The position numbers and the translations under genes are program-made. This document shows, piece by piece, positions 36,001 to 45,243 of a DNA stretch of 64,000 bases. Each line of letters opens with the position of its first letter. Position 1 is the stretch's first letter. Under the pieces are notes generated by a model. That model was not told the DNA's origin and did not search any database. It worked only from the letters and a program-made list of their open reading frames with translations. Origin of the DNA: a virus. The DNA lies in the IMG/VR virus record IMGVR_UViG_3300044922_000175, positions 32,001 through 96,000 of that record, one strand, 5' to 3'.

Positions 36001-39000
36001 TTACCTAAATGAAGCTAACAATTTGTTATTACTGAGCTTCAATAAGAACTTAGATGAGCCAGAAACAAGTTTCTTTAATATAACCTTGTTAATGTAATGT
36101 CTAAACTTCTTTCTTTGTGTAGCTCCCTTATTATAATTTACATAACTTGTATTAATATTCCTAATATAACCGTTGGCTTCAGTGGTCCACATGGGTACAA
36201 AAGTCCCAGTAAATTCACCACGATCATTAGTAATATCCCAGAACTGATTGAATCTATACTTCTGTTCTTCTTTAGAGAATAGAATATCAATATCACTAGT
36301 ATTTACTAAAGGATAGTTATTAATTAAGTAAGGATTATTCTTAGGAGATAGGTTTAATATTAGGTCCCCAGAAATTTGTTCTGTGTTATATACAATAGCC
36401 CGATCAAAGTTCTCATCTAATAGATGATGATAATCTAAACAGTTAGGAGAATACTTATAACACTCTAAAATATATTCTACTGAACGGGTTGTTGTAACGG
36501 TTTGACCTTGGTTCTGTACATACTCAATCTCAAATGGATAGTCAACACCATAGTAATTACAATAAGAATTACATACTAAGTTATGTTTCCAAATGGTATT
36601 ACCTTTAACAGTCATGTAGTATGTCTTACTAGCCATTACTAAATCCGGATGCCAGTCATGAAAAGATATAAAAGCTTTAGCTTTAGGATCATAACTAACA
36701 GTCCATGATACATTATCAAAATATGTAGGATCACCTAAATTAATTATTAATCCTGCATACTCTGTAGATATGAGTTTGTTCTGTGCTCCGGCTTTAAATT
36801 TATTTTTAAACTCAGGTTTTAATTTATAGTCTTTCTTACAGAAATAAAGAATCTCATTTATGTTATCATAGGTAGTTTGTAGTCCAACTCCAATAATTGT
36901 ATTATCTAAAACTATAGGATCTAGATCAGGAAAATCTTCAAGAACAGCATAAGGACTGTATTGTGAAAACCACCACTTCATACCAGACTTAGAAATGTCT
37001 TGTATTCCTTGACCAAAAGAAAATACCTTTCCTTGGTTTTGGCTTGCATAAAACAATCCAGCTGGAGTATTGATTACAGATAATCTATTCTGACAACTAC
37101 CATATTCAAACTCAGGATCTACGTTTATTACGTTTTGTAAAGGTTGGCCGTTAAATAACTGACCATCACCAATAGTTAATTTAGTTCCACCATTAAGATC
37201 TAAAGTTTCTGCACCTTGGAATATAATAGGAGAGCTATCATTAAACATAATAACTGCACCAGTTTTACCAAAGTTTCTCATAGTTACAACCTTAGAATTA
37301 AAGTCGTAATAGTTATTTGCTAAGAACTGTCTCCAGTTATCTTTTCTTAATTCATACTGTTGCTGTAAAGAATAAAGAACTCTTGTATCATAAGAGGTAA
37401 AGCAACTTATATTATTAGGATCATATATTCTTGGTTGAAGATTACCCCATGAAACAAAGTTTGATACATGCTTACTAATACTTAAAGAGTAATCATACTT
37501 ATAGTAGTTTGTATCTTTAATATAAGCAGCATTAAACAACTGTTCATAATCACTATATGTTTTAAAATCGTAATGTCTTTTACCAGGATTATCATCATGA
37601 TCTCTGTATGCTAAGTTAATTTCTGACTCTACATAGAAATCTCTAATACCAGAATTAAACAAATACATATAAGCAAATCTAACCATCAAGAATCCTGAAG
37701 TCATTCTTCTATCAAAGTGATGATAATCATTAGGTAAAATGCTATCACTGGTTGGCTCAAAAATAATATCTAATAAATCGCCAACGTTATACTTTCCAGT
37801 GTTCATCCAATATCTTGGATAAGGAAGCATGTTGTATAATCTATAATCCCACTCTGTGCTATCTGGTAAATTCTGCATCCACTGAGTAAAATAGAAGAAT
37901 GTAGATTTTTCAGTGTAACGGTTTACATACATGTCTCCACCAAATACTAAACCAGAGGTAGCTTTAAGAGCTTTATTAATAGTCCAAAGATTTATACAGC
38001 CCACAGGTATTTGTCTAATACCATCTAATTGACCATATAAATTATCATTCTTAATTTTTAAAGCAGCGTAGTGAGCAGAAGTAACAGATGTTTGAGTATA
38101 TGCTTCTGGTTCTTTCCAGATATCTTTAGCATTAAAAGGTTTACCTTTATCATCTACACCATAAACACTTAAATCAGGCCTACCATTTTGTGAGCGTGCA
38201 ATATGACCAATAGTAAATAAAGTATTGTCTTTAGTTATTGGATCATTAATTGTTCTTTCAGTAGTTAAGACAACAGTATTTGCTCTATATAAATTATTAA
38301 TCTTATAGATAGTATCATAGTCTTGAACAACAGGATCAAGATATAAAGAGTTCTTAATACCTCTTCTTCTACTACCAACTGCAGCTTTTATAAGATTATT
38401 ATAAAAACCATGTGATACATATTGATAAGCAAACTGTCTTTTTTTACCAATGGATTCTATGATATCAACTATATTTCTTGTTGATTCTAACCAATAATAA
38501 GATACTAAAAATGCTTGACCTATTGCATAAGCAGCTGCGCCAGCAAATGCTCCAACTACTGCGCCTGATGCACCTGCTACTGGTGTTCCTATAATGCCAC
38601 CTAAAGCAATTGTCATAAGAGCAGCCTTAGTTTGATCTGCAAAATTTCCATTAGCCGCATTGGCTGCAGTTACACCAACAGCAACACCAGCTAGTGAGGA
38701 AAGTATTACAGCAGTGTCTGTTATAAATTTATCTTTAGGATGATTCTCAACCGGAATAAATCTACCAATTACATTACCGTATACCTCACCATAAACTTTT
38801 AATTCTGTGGCAGATAAAAAAGGATTTCTAAATGTTGTCTCAGGTGAGTGAAAAGAAAAGATATCCCGCTTAACACCATCAAATAATGTAACATCAACAT
38901 TACTTAATCCAGTGCTATCATATTTATCTTTATCTCTAAACGCTCCACCCTTAGTTTGTACACTTCTATTACCAGGTCTATCTAAAGTAGCTTTATCTCT

Positions 39001-40740
39001 ACCTAAGAATGGATCATGATCTAAGAAGTTATAAGGATAGTTTACATATAAACCAGTTGTAATCTTATTGCCTGCAACCTTGTCGGGTATATCATACTCC
39101 CGCATGTTATTAATAAGACCCTTGGCAATAATAGTACGGTTACCTTCTCTAGTACCCCTTAAAATCTCATAACCTATAATAGTATTTATATATTGATTAT
39201 TTTGATCTACCGGGAATTCTATATTAGAGAACTCAACACCTAAAATAATAATACTATTAGTAGTAGGATTATAGTTAGGTATTACAATGTCATCAGGCAT
39301 CTTATGATGTCTAATGTTTTCAGCACAAAGATCTCCCCAAATATCCGGTTTGTTATCAGGATACTTCTCAGTAGATTCCCAATAAGCTAGCTCACCAGAA
39401 TACTTAATGAGGCCACCATCATCTGTTGTTCCAGAAGCCGGTATTACTGTAGCTGTATTATTTACTTGCCATTCTTGCTCTTGACCAAAATCTATAATGT
39501 GATCAGGGCTAGCATTATTATTAAGTTCTCCGGGCTTTGGAGCACGTCCTGGAATATGATAACTAGATGATTTATCACCGGTGTTATAAATCCATCGTAT
39601 AAAGAAACTATATACTTCATCTCTTAAAAATGTTGGTTTGTTTCCGCCTTTATAATAATAGTCAGCGGGATATTCTACACCCACCCACTTTGCTGTAATA
39701 TTATTAGCTAGGGGTTGGTAATTAAAGTCTTCATAAGTAGTAGGACCGACTCTAATTAAATAATCATTTACATTGTACATACCAGCTGATTTCTCATATG
39801 CCGGTGTACGTAAAGGTATTTGTTCTAAAGGAATTGTTACTAATGTTGGATCAACAGCATCTAAAGATATAGTGGTTGTTTGAGTAGAATAATAACCAAT
39901 CTTTCTAGCTACAGCTTGTTGATTAACAAAGCCTATTAAAACTAATTCAAACTCATCATAGTCTGCATCTATATCACTAATGATAATATCTAATGACCCA
40001 TTAACGTTATCATGACTCCATAATGCTTGAACATTAGAGATAGCTAAGTAATCAGTAACTTTAATACCATTTACAGAATATGCAATAGTTGCTTGATAAG
40101 AACCATTTAATAATGTTCCTAAGCCATGACCCTTTTGAATTTTTATACAAGGGGTTTTAGCATAAGCTGCTAATCTTAGTTTATCACAATCTAATACCCC
40201 TGTAGATACTTCATCCTTACATGGTCCTGGATCCAGGTCATTCATAAGATATGGAACACCCTCCCAGTTTAAAGGACTATAAGGCCAAGCTTCTTCCTTA
40301 CCAATATTCATTGTTCTTGATGGGTTATTACCATCATCCCAATAAAGATTCCAAGTACAGTCAGAGGTATATTTAGATACTCCAATGATTGGATAAACCT
40401 TATTAAACTTAAAACATTGGTTTAAAGCATCATTGTGAATTGTATTATATGTGCAACCATTCTCATCAAACAAACCAATCTCTGAAGAAAAGTCATTTGT
40501 TGAGTAAATAGCCCACTTACCATTACTTATATAAATAGTACCTATAATAGTGTAGGGTACTTCTACACAAGCTATATTACTAGGTTCATTACCCAATACT
40601 CCAACATCTCCAGAAGGAGAATTGTTTACAGCATTTCTAGCATGTGTCCAATATCCCTCACCAATATAAGCATCACTTACATCTTTTAGTAAGCCTTTAT
40701 TATACAGCTCGGTGTGAATTAAACCGGTCTTACCATCCAT
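36001..40740 (-). CDS. Tail stabilisation/muzzle protein (P22 gp10-like, crAss-type)
   Basis: 1579 aa, beta-rich. C-terminal WTVSYDPKAKAFISFHDWHP motif. Follows the two ring-protein genes. Confidence 0.7.
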   Translation of the reverse strand: MDGKTGLIHTELYNKGLLKDVSDAYIGEGYWTHARNAVNNSPSGDVGVLGNEPSNIACVEVPYTIIGTIYISNGKWAIYSTNDFSSEIGLFDENGCTYNTIHNDALNQCFKFNKVYPIIGVSKYTSDCTWNLYWDDGNNPSRTMNIGKEEAWPYSPLNWEGVPYLMNDLDPGPCKDEVSTGVLDCDKLRLAAYAKTPCIKIQKGHGLGTLLNGSYQATIAYSVNGIKVTDYLAISNVQALWSHDNVNGSLDIIISDIDADYDEFELVLIGFVNQQAVARKIGYYSTQTTTISLDAVDPTLVTIPLEQIPLRTPAYEKSAGMYNVNDYLIRVGPTTYEDFNYQPLANNITAKWVGVEYPADYYYKGGNKPTFLRDEVYSFFIRWIYNTGDKSSSYHIPGRAPKPGELNNNASPDHIIDFGQEQEWQVNNTATVIPASGTTDDGGLIKYSGELAYWESTEKYPDNKPDIWGDLCAENIRHHKMPDDIVIPNYNPTTNSIIILGVEFSNIEFPVDQNNQYINTIIGYEILRGTREGNRTIIAKGLINNMREYDIPDKVAGNKITTGLYVNYPYNFLDHDPFLGRDKATLDRPGNRSVQTKGGAFRDKDKYDSTGLSNVDVTLFDGVKRDIFSFHSPETTFRNPFLSATELKVYGEVYGNVIGRFIPVENHPKDKFITDTAVILSSLAGVAVGVTAANAANGNFADQTKAALMTIALGGIIGTPVAGASGAVVGAFAGAAAYAIGQAFLVSYYWLESTRNIVDIIESIGKKRQFAYQYVSHGFYNNLIKAAVGSRRRGIKNSLYLDPVVQDYDTIYKINNLYRANTVVLTTERTINDPITKDNTLFTIGHIARSQNGRPDLSVYGVDDKGKPFNAKDIWKEPEAYTQTSVTSAHYAALKIKNDNLYGQLDGIRQIPVGCINLWTINKALKATSGLVFGGDMYVNRYTEKSTFFYFTQWMQNLPDSTEWDYRLYNMLPYPRYWMNTGKYNVGDLLDIIFEPTSDSILPNDYHHFDRRMTSGFLMVRFAYMYLFNSGIRDFYVESEINLAYRDHDDNPGKRHYDFKTYSDYEQLFNAAYIKDTNYYKYDYSLSISKHVSNFVSWGNLQPRIYDPNNISCFTSYDTRVLYSLQQQYELRKDNWRQFLANNYYDFNSKVVTMRNFGKTGAVIMFNDSSPIIFQGAETLDLNGGTKLTIGDGQLFNGQPLQNVINVDPEFEYGSCQNRLSVINTPAGLFYASQNQGKVFSFGQGIQDISKSGMKWWFSQYSPYAVLEDFPDLDPIVLDNTIIGVGLQTTYDNINEILYFCKKDYKLKPEFKNKFKAGAQNKLISTEYAGLIINLGDPTYFDNVSWTVSYDPKAKAFISFHDWHPDLVMASKTYYMTVKGNTIWKHNLVCNSYCNYYGVDYPFEIEYVQNQGQTVTTTRSVEYILECYKYSPNCLDYHHLLDENFDRAIVYNTEQISGDLILNLSPKNNPYLINNYPLVNTSDIDILFSKEEQKYRFNQFWDITNDRGEFTGTFVPMWTTEANGYIRNINTSYVNYNKGATQRKKFRHYINKVILKKLVSGSSKFLLKLSNNKLLASFR

Positions 40741-41594
40741 TATCTAGAACTATTATAGTTGTAACTTTTAAATTGATCATAGTACTTGCCGTACATGGCA
40801 CGTCTATTCATATCATGCAATTTAGATAACTCTTTAAAGTTAGGAGTATTTACAATAGACAATGCATTGTTACGAGCTCCTCTGAATCTTTGTTCAATAA
40901 GGTTTAACTTCTGCATTACATCCTCTCCATTCATGTAAAGGTTCTCAAGTATTCTTTGCTTTAAACCATATTCATAGTACTCATTAATCATTGGATGATC
41001 CAAGATTAACAAGTTACCATCTTCATCTTCTAAAGCTCCTTGATAGTTAACGTATAGTTTTCCGGTCTCTAAGTTCATGTATATGAAACCATCTTTAAGT
41101 TTACCAACGTATGGTGACTTATAAGAGGTATTAGGACAATCACAAGAAATACTTTTAGAGTTACCAGTTAATGTAATTGGTGTATTTATATCGTATATTC
41201 GTGTCTCATACTGTAATTTTTGTACAAGACGCATATGATCACCACAATCAGTAATACAAGTATCCCCACATGGAGTAGTAACAGTTGCCGGATCAATTAT
41301 AACTTCCTCAACGTGAGTACCACTCATGGCCGGTTGTTCAACTTTGTATTGACCACAAAGTAAAGCATAGTTCATTACATAGAAATCATCTGGTAGTTTT
41401 ACCAGATTATTCTCAATGTCTAGAACCTCTTCTTTAGTTTTAAATATTCTTAAACCTAAATCATAATTTATTCTCTGAACAACTTTAATAAGTTGTTGAG
41501 GCTCAATCATACCCTCTAAAGAATACATTGAGAAATCAACGCTTACATCTTCAAGTAATTCATCAAAGGTTTTATATTTTAATTCTGTAAGCAT
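40740..41594 (-). CDS. Tail ring/tubular protein
   Basis: 284 aa. VKLPDDFY, GKLYVNYQG and LILDHPMINEYYEYGLK resemble P22 gp4-like/crAss ring proteins. Position fits. Confidence 0.55.
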   Translation of the reverse strand: MLTELKYKTFDELLEDVSVDFSMYSLEGMIEPQQLIKVVQRINYDLGLRIFKTKEEVLDIENNLVKLPDDFYVMNYALLCGQYKVEQPAMSGTHVEEVIIDPATVTTPCGDTCITDCGDHMRLVQKLQYETRIYDINTPITLTGNSKSISCDCPNTSYKSPYVGKLKDGFIYMNLETGKLYVNYQGALEDEDGNLLILDHPMINEYYEYGLKQRILENLYMNGEDVMQKLNLIEQRFRGARNNALSIVNTPNFKELSKLHDMNRRAMYGKYYDQFKSYNYNSSR

Positions 41595-41598
41595 TGCC

Positions 41599-42264
41599 TT
41601 ATCTGTTTAAGTTAATATTGTCATCTGATAAATCTGAAGGGATCTGTAATCTTCCAATAAAATCTTGGATAGCCATTTTCTCTGCTTCAGCTAATAAAAA
41701 TTCAGGAACATTAATCTTGTGATCCATTCTTTTAATACAAGTATCTTCATCTGTATACTGAGATACATCTTGAATAAAAATACCTTCTATCTTTAAAGCT
41801 TCCCAGCTAATATTCGGCATATATAAATAACCGTTTAAAAACCAGTAGTACTTAGTGTTGTTATATTTAAAACCTGTAGTCTTAGTCATAGAGGTATAAA
41901 TACCAGGTGTAGTAGGATTTAATTCCTGACTACCATCTATAGACGTTACAGATCTAATTAAAGGACCCCAGTAACCTTCCATGAATGTGGGAAGTTTATC
42001 TTTTGTACGCATTATAGTACGCCCAGATTTTATACCAGCGCAGCATGCTTCAACCTTATCTATTTCAATTAACTCTAAACATGGTAAAGTTTGCCAAATA
42101 GAATTAAATTTAGATAGTTTATTCTGAGAGTCTTGTCTCCTCATCAGAACTTGGGCATATTTAATTACAACATTATAAACATACCTATTAGTAAGAAATG
42201 CATCTTGTCTTACACTCTTAACTTGATTTTTTACCCTTGAGACTACGGTTCCAATAGTTACCAT
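41599..42264 (-). CDS. Tail ring protein
   Basis: 221 aa. LPCLELIEID, RTKDKLP and YYWFLNGYLY resemble crAss-like ring proteins. Position fits. Confidence 0.55.
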   Translation of the reverse strand: MVTIGTVVSRVKNQVKSVRQDAFLTNRYVYNVVIKYAQVLMRRQDSQNKLSKFNSIWQTLPCLELIEIDKVEACCAGIKSGRTIMRTKDKLPTFMEGYWGPLIRSVTSIDGSQELNPTTPGIYTSMTKTTGFKYNNTKYYWFLNGYLYMPNISWEALKIEGIFIQDVSQYTDEDTCIKRMDHKINVPEFLLAEAEKMAIQDFIGRLQIPSDLSDDNINLNR

Positions 42265-42269
42265 TTTTA

Positions 42270-42851
42270 TTAAAATTCAAATTCATCATATGAGCTAAGT
42301 ATATCCTTATCTTCCTTCTTAACTCTTTGCTTTCTAAGAGCTTTTGAAAACATCTCTGACACTTTCTTATATGAATCTACAACAATATATTTTTGCCAAG
42401 ACACAGGATACTCTTTAGCTACAGATCTCTTGAATTGTCTAACTGCTTGAAAACCCCATAACTCACGGTTTGCAAACTTATATTTGGTCTGATAGTTTGT
42501 ATAGAAAATCTTAGCTAACTTAGAATCTGACTCTAGATTCCTGTTCTTTATTTCTTTACCGTATTTAACAGATAGACCATAATTTACATTAGTGTCCCGG
42601 TTAAATGTACAGGTACCTATGAACAGGTATCCCAGACTTTCTGGTAACTCAACTCCATCTCTATACGCAATTACCTCTTTCCAAATATTTTCATTAAACT
42701 TCATCACTATCTTCTTGATAGTTTTGTCATCTAATGTAGAAAACTCAGGATGCCTCTCCTTGAACTCTGCTAAAAAATCTTTTGTTAAGATTCTCTTAGG
42801 TTTTATTCTCAGCCTTGAGGCATGTAAATCAGGTGCTTTATATCCTCTCAT
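42270..42851 (-). CDS. IHF/HU-like DNA-binding protein
   Basis: 193 aa, basic. IKKIVMKFNENIWKEVI...VELPESLGYLFIG helix-beta pattern. Crassvirales carry IHF-like genes at this position. Confidence 0.5.
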   Translation of the reverse strand: MRGYKAPDLHASRLRIKPKRILTKDFLAEFKERHPEFSTLDDKTIKKIVMKFNENIWKEVIAYRDGVELPESLGYLFIGTCTFNRDTNVNYGLSVKYGKEIKNRNLESDSKLAKIFYTNYQTKYKFANRELWGFQAVRQFKRSVAKEYPVSWQKYIVVDSYKKVSEMFSKALRKQRVKKEDKDILSSYDEFEF

Positions 42852-42866
42852 ACCTTGACTACATTA

Positions 42867-42874
42867 ATAAGATA
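42867..42874 (-). promoter_or_regulatory. Putative variant promoter TATCTTAT
   Basis: In the 39-nt gap upstream of the IHF-like/tail/cargo genes. Similar to the 4947 and 46822 octamers. Confidence 0.35.
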
Positions 42875-42890
42875 CAAAATTTAATCCAGA

Positions 42891-44099
42891 TTAAATACAG
42901 TTATAAACAAACTCTCCAATCTTACCATTGTCATAGTCATGAACCTCAATAAGGGCAGCTCTCTTACTACCAATAAACTTATTATGGTAGTGCCAGTAGT
43001 CTGTTTTAGATAGACTAGGAATAATCTTAATAGAGAAACCAGTTATTTCATCCTCTGTAATATACTCTACAGTTTTCTTCTTATGATAATGTCCAGTATA
43101 TAGAGTTCTAAATTTAGTATTACCCCAGGGCTCTGAAAATTCAGTAGCATAAACTAGTAATGAGTTCTTAGTATTTACATCTCCGTGCTCAAATGCAAAG
43201 AAGTTATTGTTAAACGTAAGTACTTTTCTCTCTGCATAATCAGCATGCCATACTATACCATCCTCTTGTACAGCTTTAGAGAGAGCATGTACTAGATGAT
43301 AAGATGATAGTCTATCATGATTACCGGGTATAAACATTATATGTAATGTCTCACACCTCTCCTTTAAAAAACGAATGCCCCGGTATAGGGCATCAAAAGC
43401 TTCAGCATATACTTTGTAGGCTTTATCAGAGTTCTCTACCGGAGTACCTGATGTAGTAGTACCATTAAACGTATCCATGTTTAATATATCACCACCTACA
43501 ACATACACTAGATCATCTATAAAGTAATTATTAGATACACTCTCTGTAAGTTGTTCTAGTGAAGCAAAGTACTGTTCTATGATATCATCATTACCATCCT
43601 TACCAATATGCATATCTTGCATAGATAGTACACAGCTTACATATCGGTGTCTCTTTTGCTTCTTTACTACTACTGGTTTATAATCCGGTTTAAAGTTTTC
43701 TATGATGTCTTTTAGATAATCTTCTTTAGTCTTTACTACTTTAGTTACTAAAGCTGATACTAACCATTTATCACTTCTCTCCTTATTCCAATATTGAGAT
43801 AACTTCCACTCTGTAGTATCTATACCCAAGATCTCTATAATCTCTTCAGGGGTTTTAGGATTAACTGATACTAATTTCTCTATCTTACCTGTGCCTTTTT
43901 CTAAATCATAAGACTCCGAATTAATTCTTTCTACATTATGTTCTGAATTGTATTTTAATTTTTTAGATTTAAATCCTAGAGACTTTTTAATCTTTAAATA
44001 TTCATCTAAAGTAATACCAATTCTTCTTGCACACTCAATATTAGATAGCTTCCATTCTTTACTTTTAGCTACCTTATCTTTTAATTCTTGTGAATACAT
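42891..44099 (-). CDS. Calcineurin-like metallophosphoesterase with N-terminal HTH-like region
   Basis: Complete motif set DMHIG, GGDILN, PGNHD, FEHGD and TGHYH. Confidence 0.85.
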   Translation of the reverse strand: MYSQELKDKVAKSKEWKLSNIECARRIGITLDEYLKIKKSLGFKSKKLKYNSEHNVERINSESYDLEKGTGKIEKLVSVNPKTPEEIIEILGIDTTEWKLSQYWNKERSDKWLVSALVTKVVKTKEDYLKDIIENFKPDYKPVVVKKQKRHRYVSCVLSMQDMHIGKDGNDDIIEQYFASLEQLTESVSNNYFIDDLVYVVGGDILNMDTFNGTTTSGTPVENSDKAYKVYAEAFDALYRGIRFLKERCETLHIMFIPGNHDRLSSYHLVHALSKAVQEDGIVWHADYAERKVLTFNNNFFAFEHGDVNTKNSLLVYATEFSEPWGNTKFRTLYTGHYHKKKTVEYITEDEITGFSIKIIPSLSKTDYWHYHNKFIGSKRAALIEVHDYDNGKIGEFVYNCI

Positions 44100-44115
44100 G
44101 CGGTAATTGTTTTAT

Positions 44116-44145
44116 CAAATGTAGTAAAAATAGTTTATAATCAAG
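44116..44145 (-). promoter_or_regulatory. Bacteroidota housekeeping-type promoter
   Basis: CTTG-N18-TACATTTG upstream of the ATG at 44099. Confidence 0.55.
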
Positions 44146-44151
44146 TTATTA

Positions 44152-44182
44152 TAAAATAAACCCCGGCTTTTTACACCGGGGT
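44152..44182 (-). terminator. Intrinsic terminator
   Basis: ACCCCGG-9nt-CCGGGGT 7-bp stem followed by TTTATTTT on the minus strand. Confidence 0.75.
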
Positions 44183-44261
44183 CTAATCAGAGGGGTAAAC
44201 CAACAAACCCTCTTAGTACTTATACAATATTAATATAGTAAATGATTTTTAATTATCCAAA

Positions 44262-44705
44262 TTAAAGTGGTGGTACGCAAGCACTACCTGCAGTAACAAC
44301 TAATCCTGAAGCAGCTGTATACTGTCCAGTAACAATACATAATGAAATAGTAGTTCCAGCATTAATATTTAAATTAACTTCTTCACCACTTGTACCACAA
44401 GCTTCATAGTTTAAAAGCTTAGCACTTCCTGTAGGATTATTAACTGTATAACTAGTACAACTTTGTACAATAGTTGTATCAGATGATACTAAGCTAAGCG
44501 TTACGTCTTCGCCAGAACCACAACGTGCATATACTTCAACATCATAAACAGTTGATGTTAATCCTGCTAACTGAATTGGTCCACTAGATTGTGGAAAAAC
44601 CATACTTTGCCATGCTCCTTGAGGAGAATTAACTCTGTATTTTACCAAATAACCAAGAGCTGGTATAGGATTAGGAGGAGTAAAAGTTAAATATAAAGAT
44701 GCCAT
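44262..44705 (-). CDS. FN3-like, Cys-containing virion protein
   Basis: LTFTPP...GYLVKYR...W...LAGLTSTVYDVEVYARC fibronectin-III pattern. Confidence 0.55.
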   Translation of the reverse strand: MASLYLTFTPPNPIPALGYLVKYRVNSPQGAWQSMVFPQSSGPIQLAGLTSTVYDVEVYARCGSGEDVTLSLVSSDTTIVQSCTSYTVNNPTGSAKLLNYEACGTSGEEVNLNINAGTTISLCIVTGQYTAASGLVVTAGSACVPPL

Positions 44706-45241
44706 TAGGTTGTTAATGTTTTAAATGATAAGGTGATAGATGTACAGCAATCAGCACTACCAGAAGTACTAGTAAGTAATCTTACATAATAAGTTGTGTT
44801 TGCTGACAAGTTAATAATAGTCCACTTAGGCGTAGCACTAACAAGAATTGACTGAGAACCTGTAACCGTTACAAACGCAGGGTCTGTAGACCATTGTAAT
44901 TTAGTTGAAGTAATAGTAGCAGGAGCACCAGGAACAGTATAACTGACAGTTGCTTCGGTTTGTTTAACATTACTAATATTAAAATTCTTGATTGATTGAC
45001 AAGTAGCTAGTGGATTAAAGCAGTTTGGATTAGTTAAATATAATACTAATTTTTTTACTACTAAATCAAGACGCTCATTCTTCTTGATATCAATAGTATA
45101 AATATCATTACCGGTATACTTAACGCATTCAAAACTTACTACCTCATCACATAGTTCAGAGATAGCACATTCAGTAGTAACTGGGGATACCAATTTGGTA
45201 TCCTCACAGCCACAGGGTTTTGGTTGACAATTACAGCTCAT
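44705..45241 (-). CDS. Cys-rich protein with C-terminal FN3 domain
   Basis: 11 Cys in 178 aa. NLSANTTYYVRL FN3 signature. Confidence 0.6.
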   Translation of the reverse strand: MSCNCQPKPCGCEDTKLVSPVTTECAISELCDEVVSFECVKYTGNDIYTIDIKKNERLDLVVKKLVLYLTNPNCFNPLATCQSIKNFNISNVKQTEATVSYTVPGAPATITSTKLQWSTDPAFVTVTGSQSILVSATPKWTIINLSANTTYYVRLLTSTSGSADCCTSITLSFKTLTT

Positions 45242-45243
45242 GA

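Noticed and set aside
5166-40740. Stop-codon reassignment as seen in some crAss-like phages
   Set aside because: Very long uninterrupted ORFs in code 11 and no fragmented genes.
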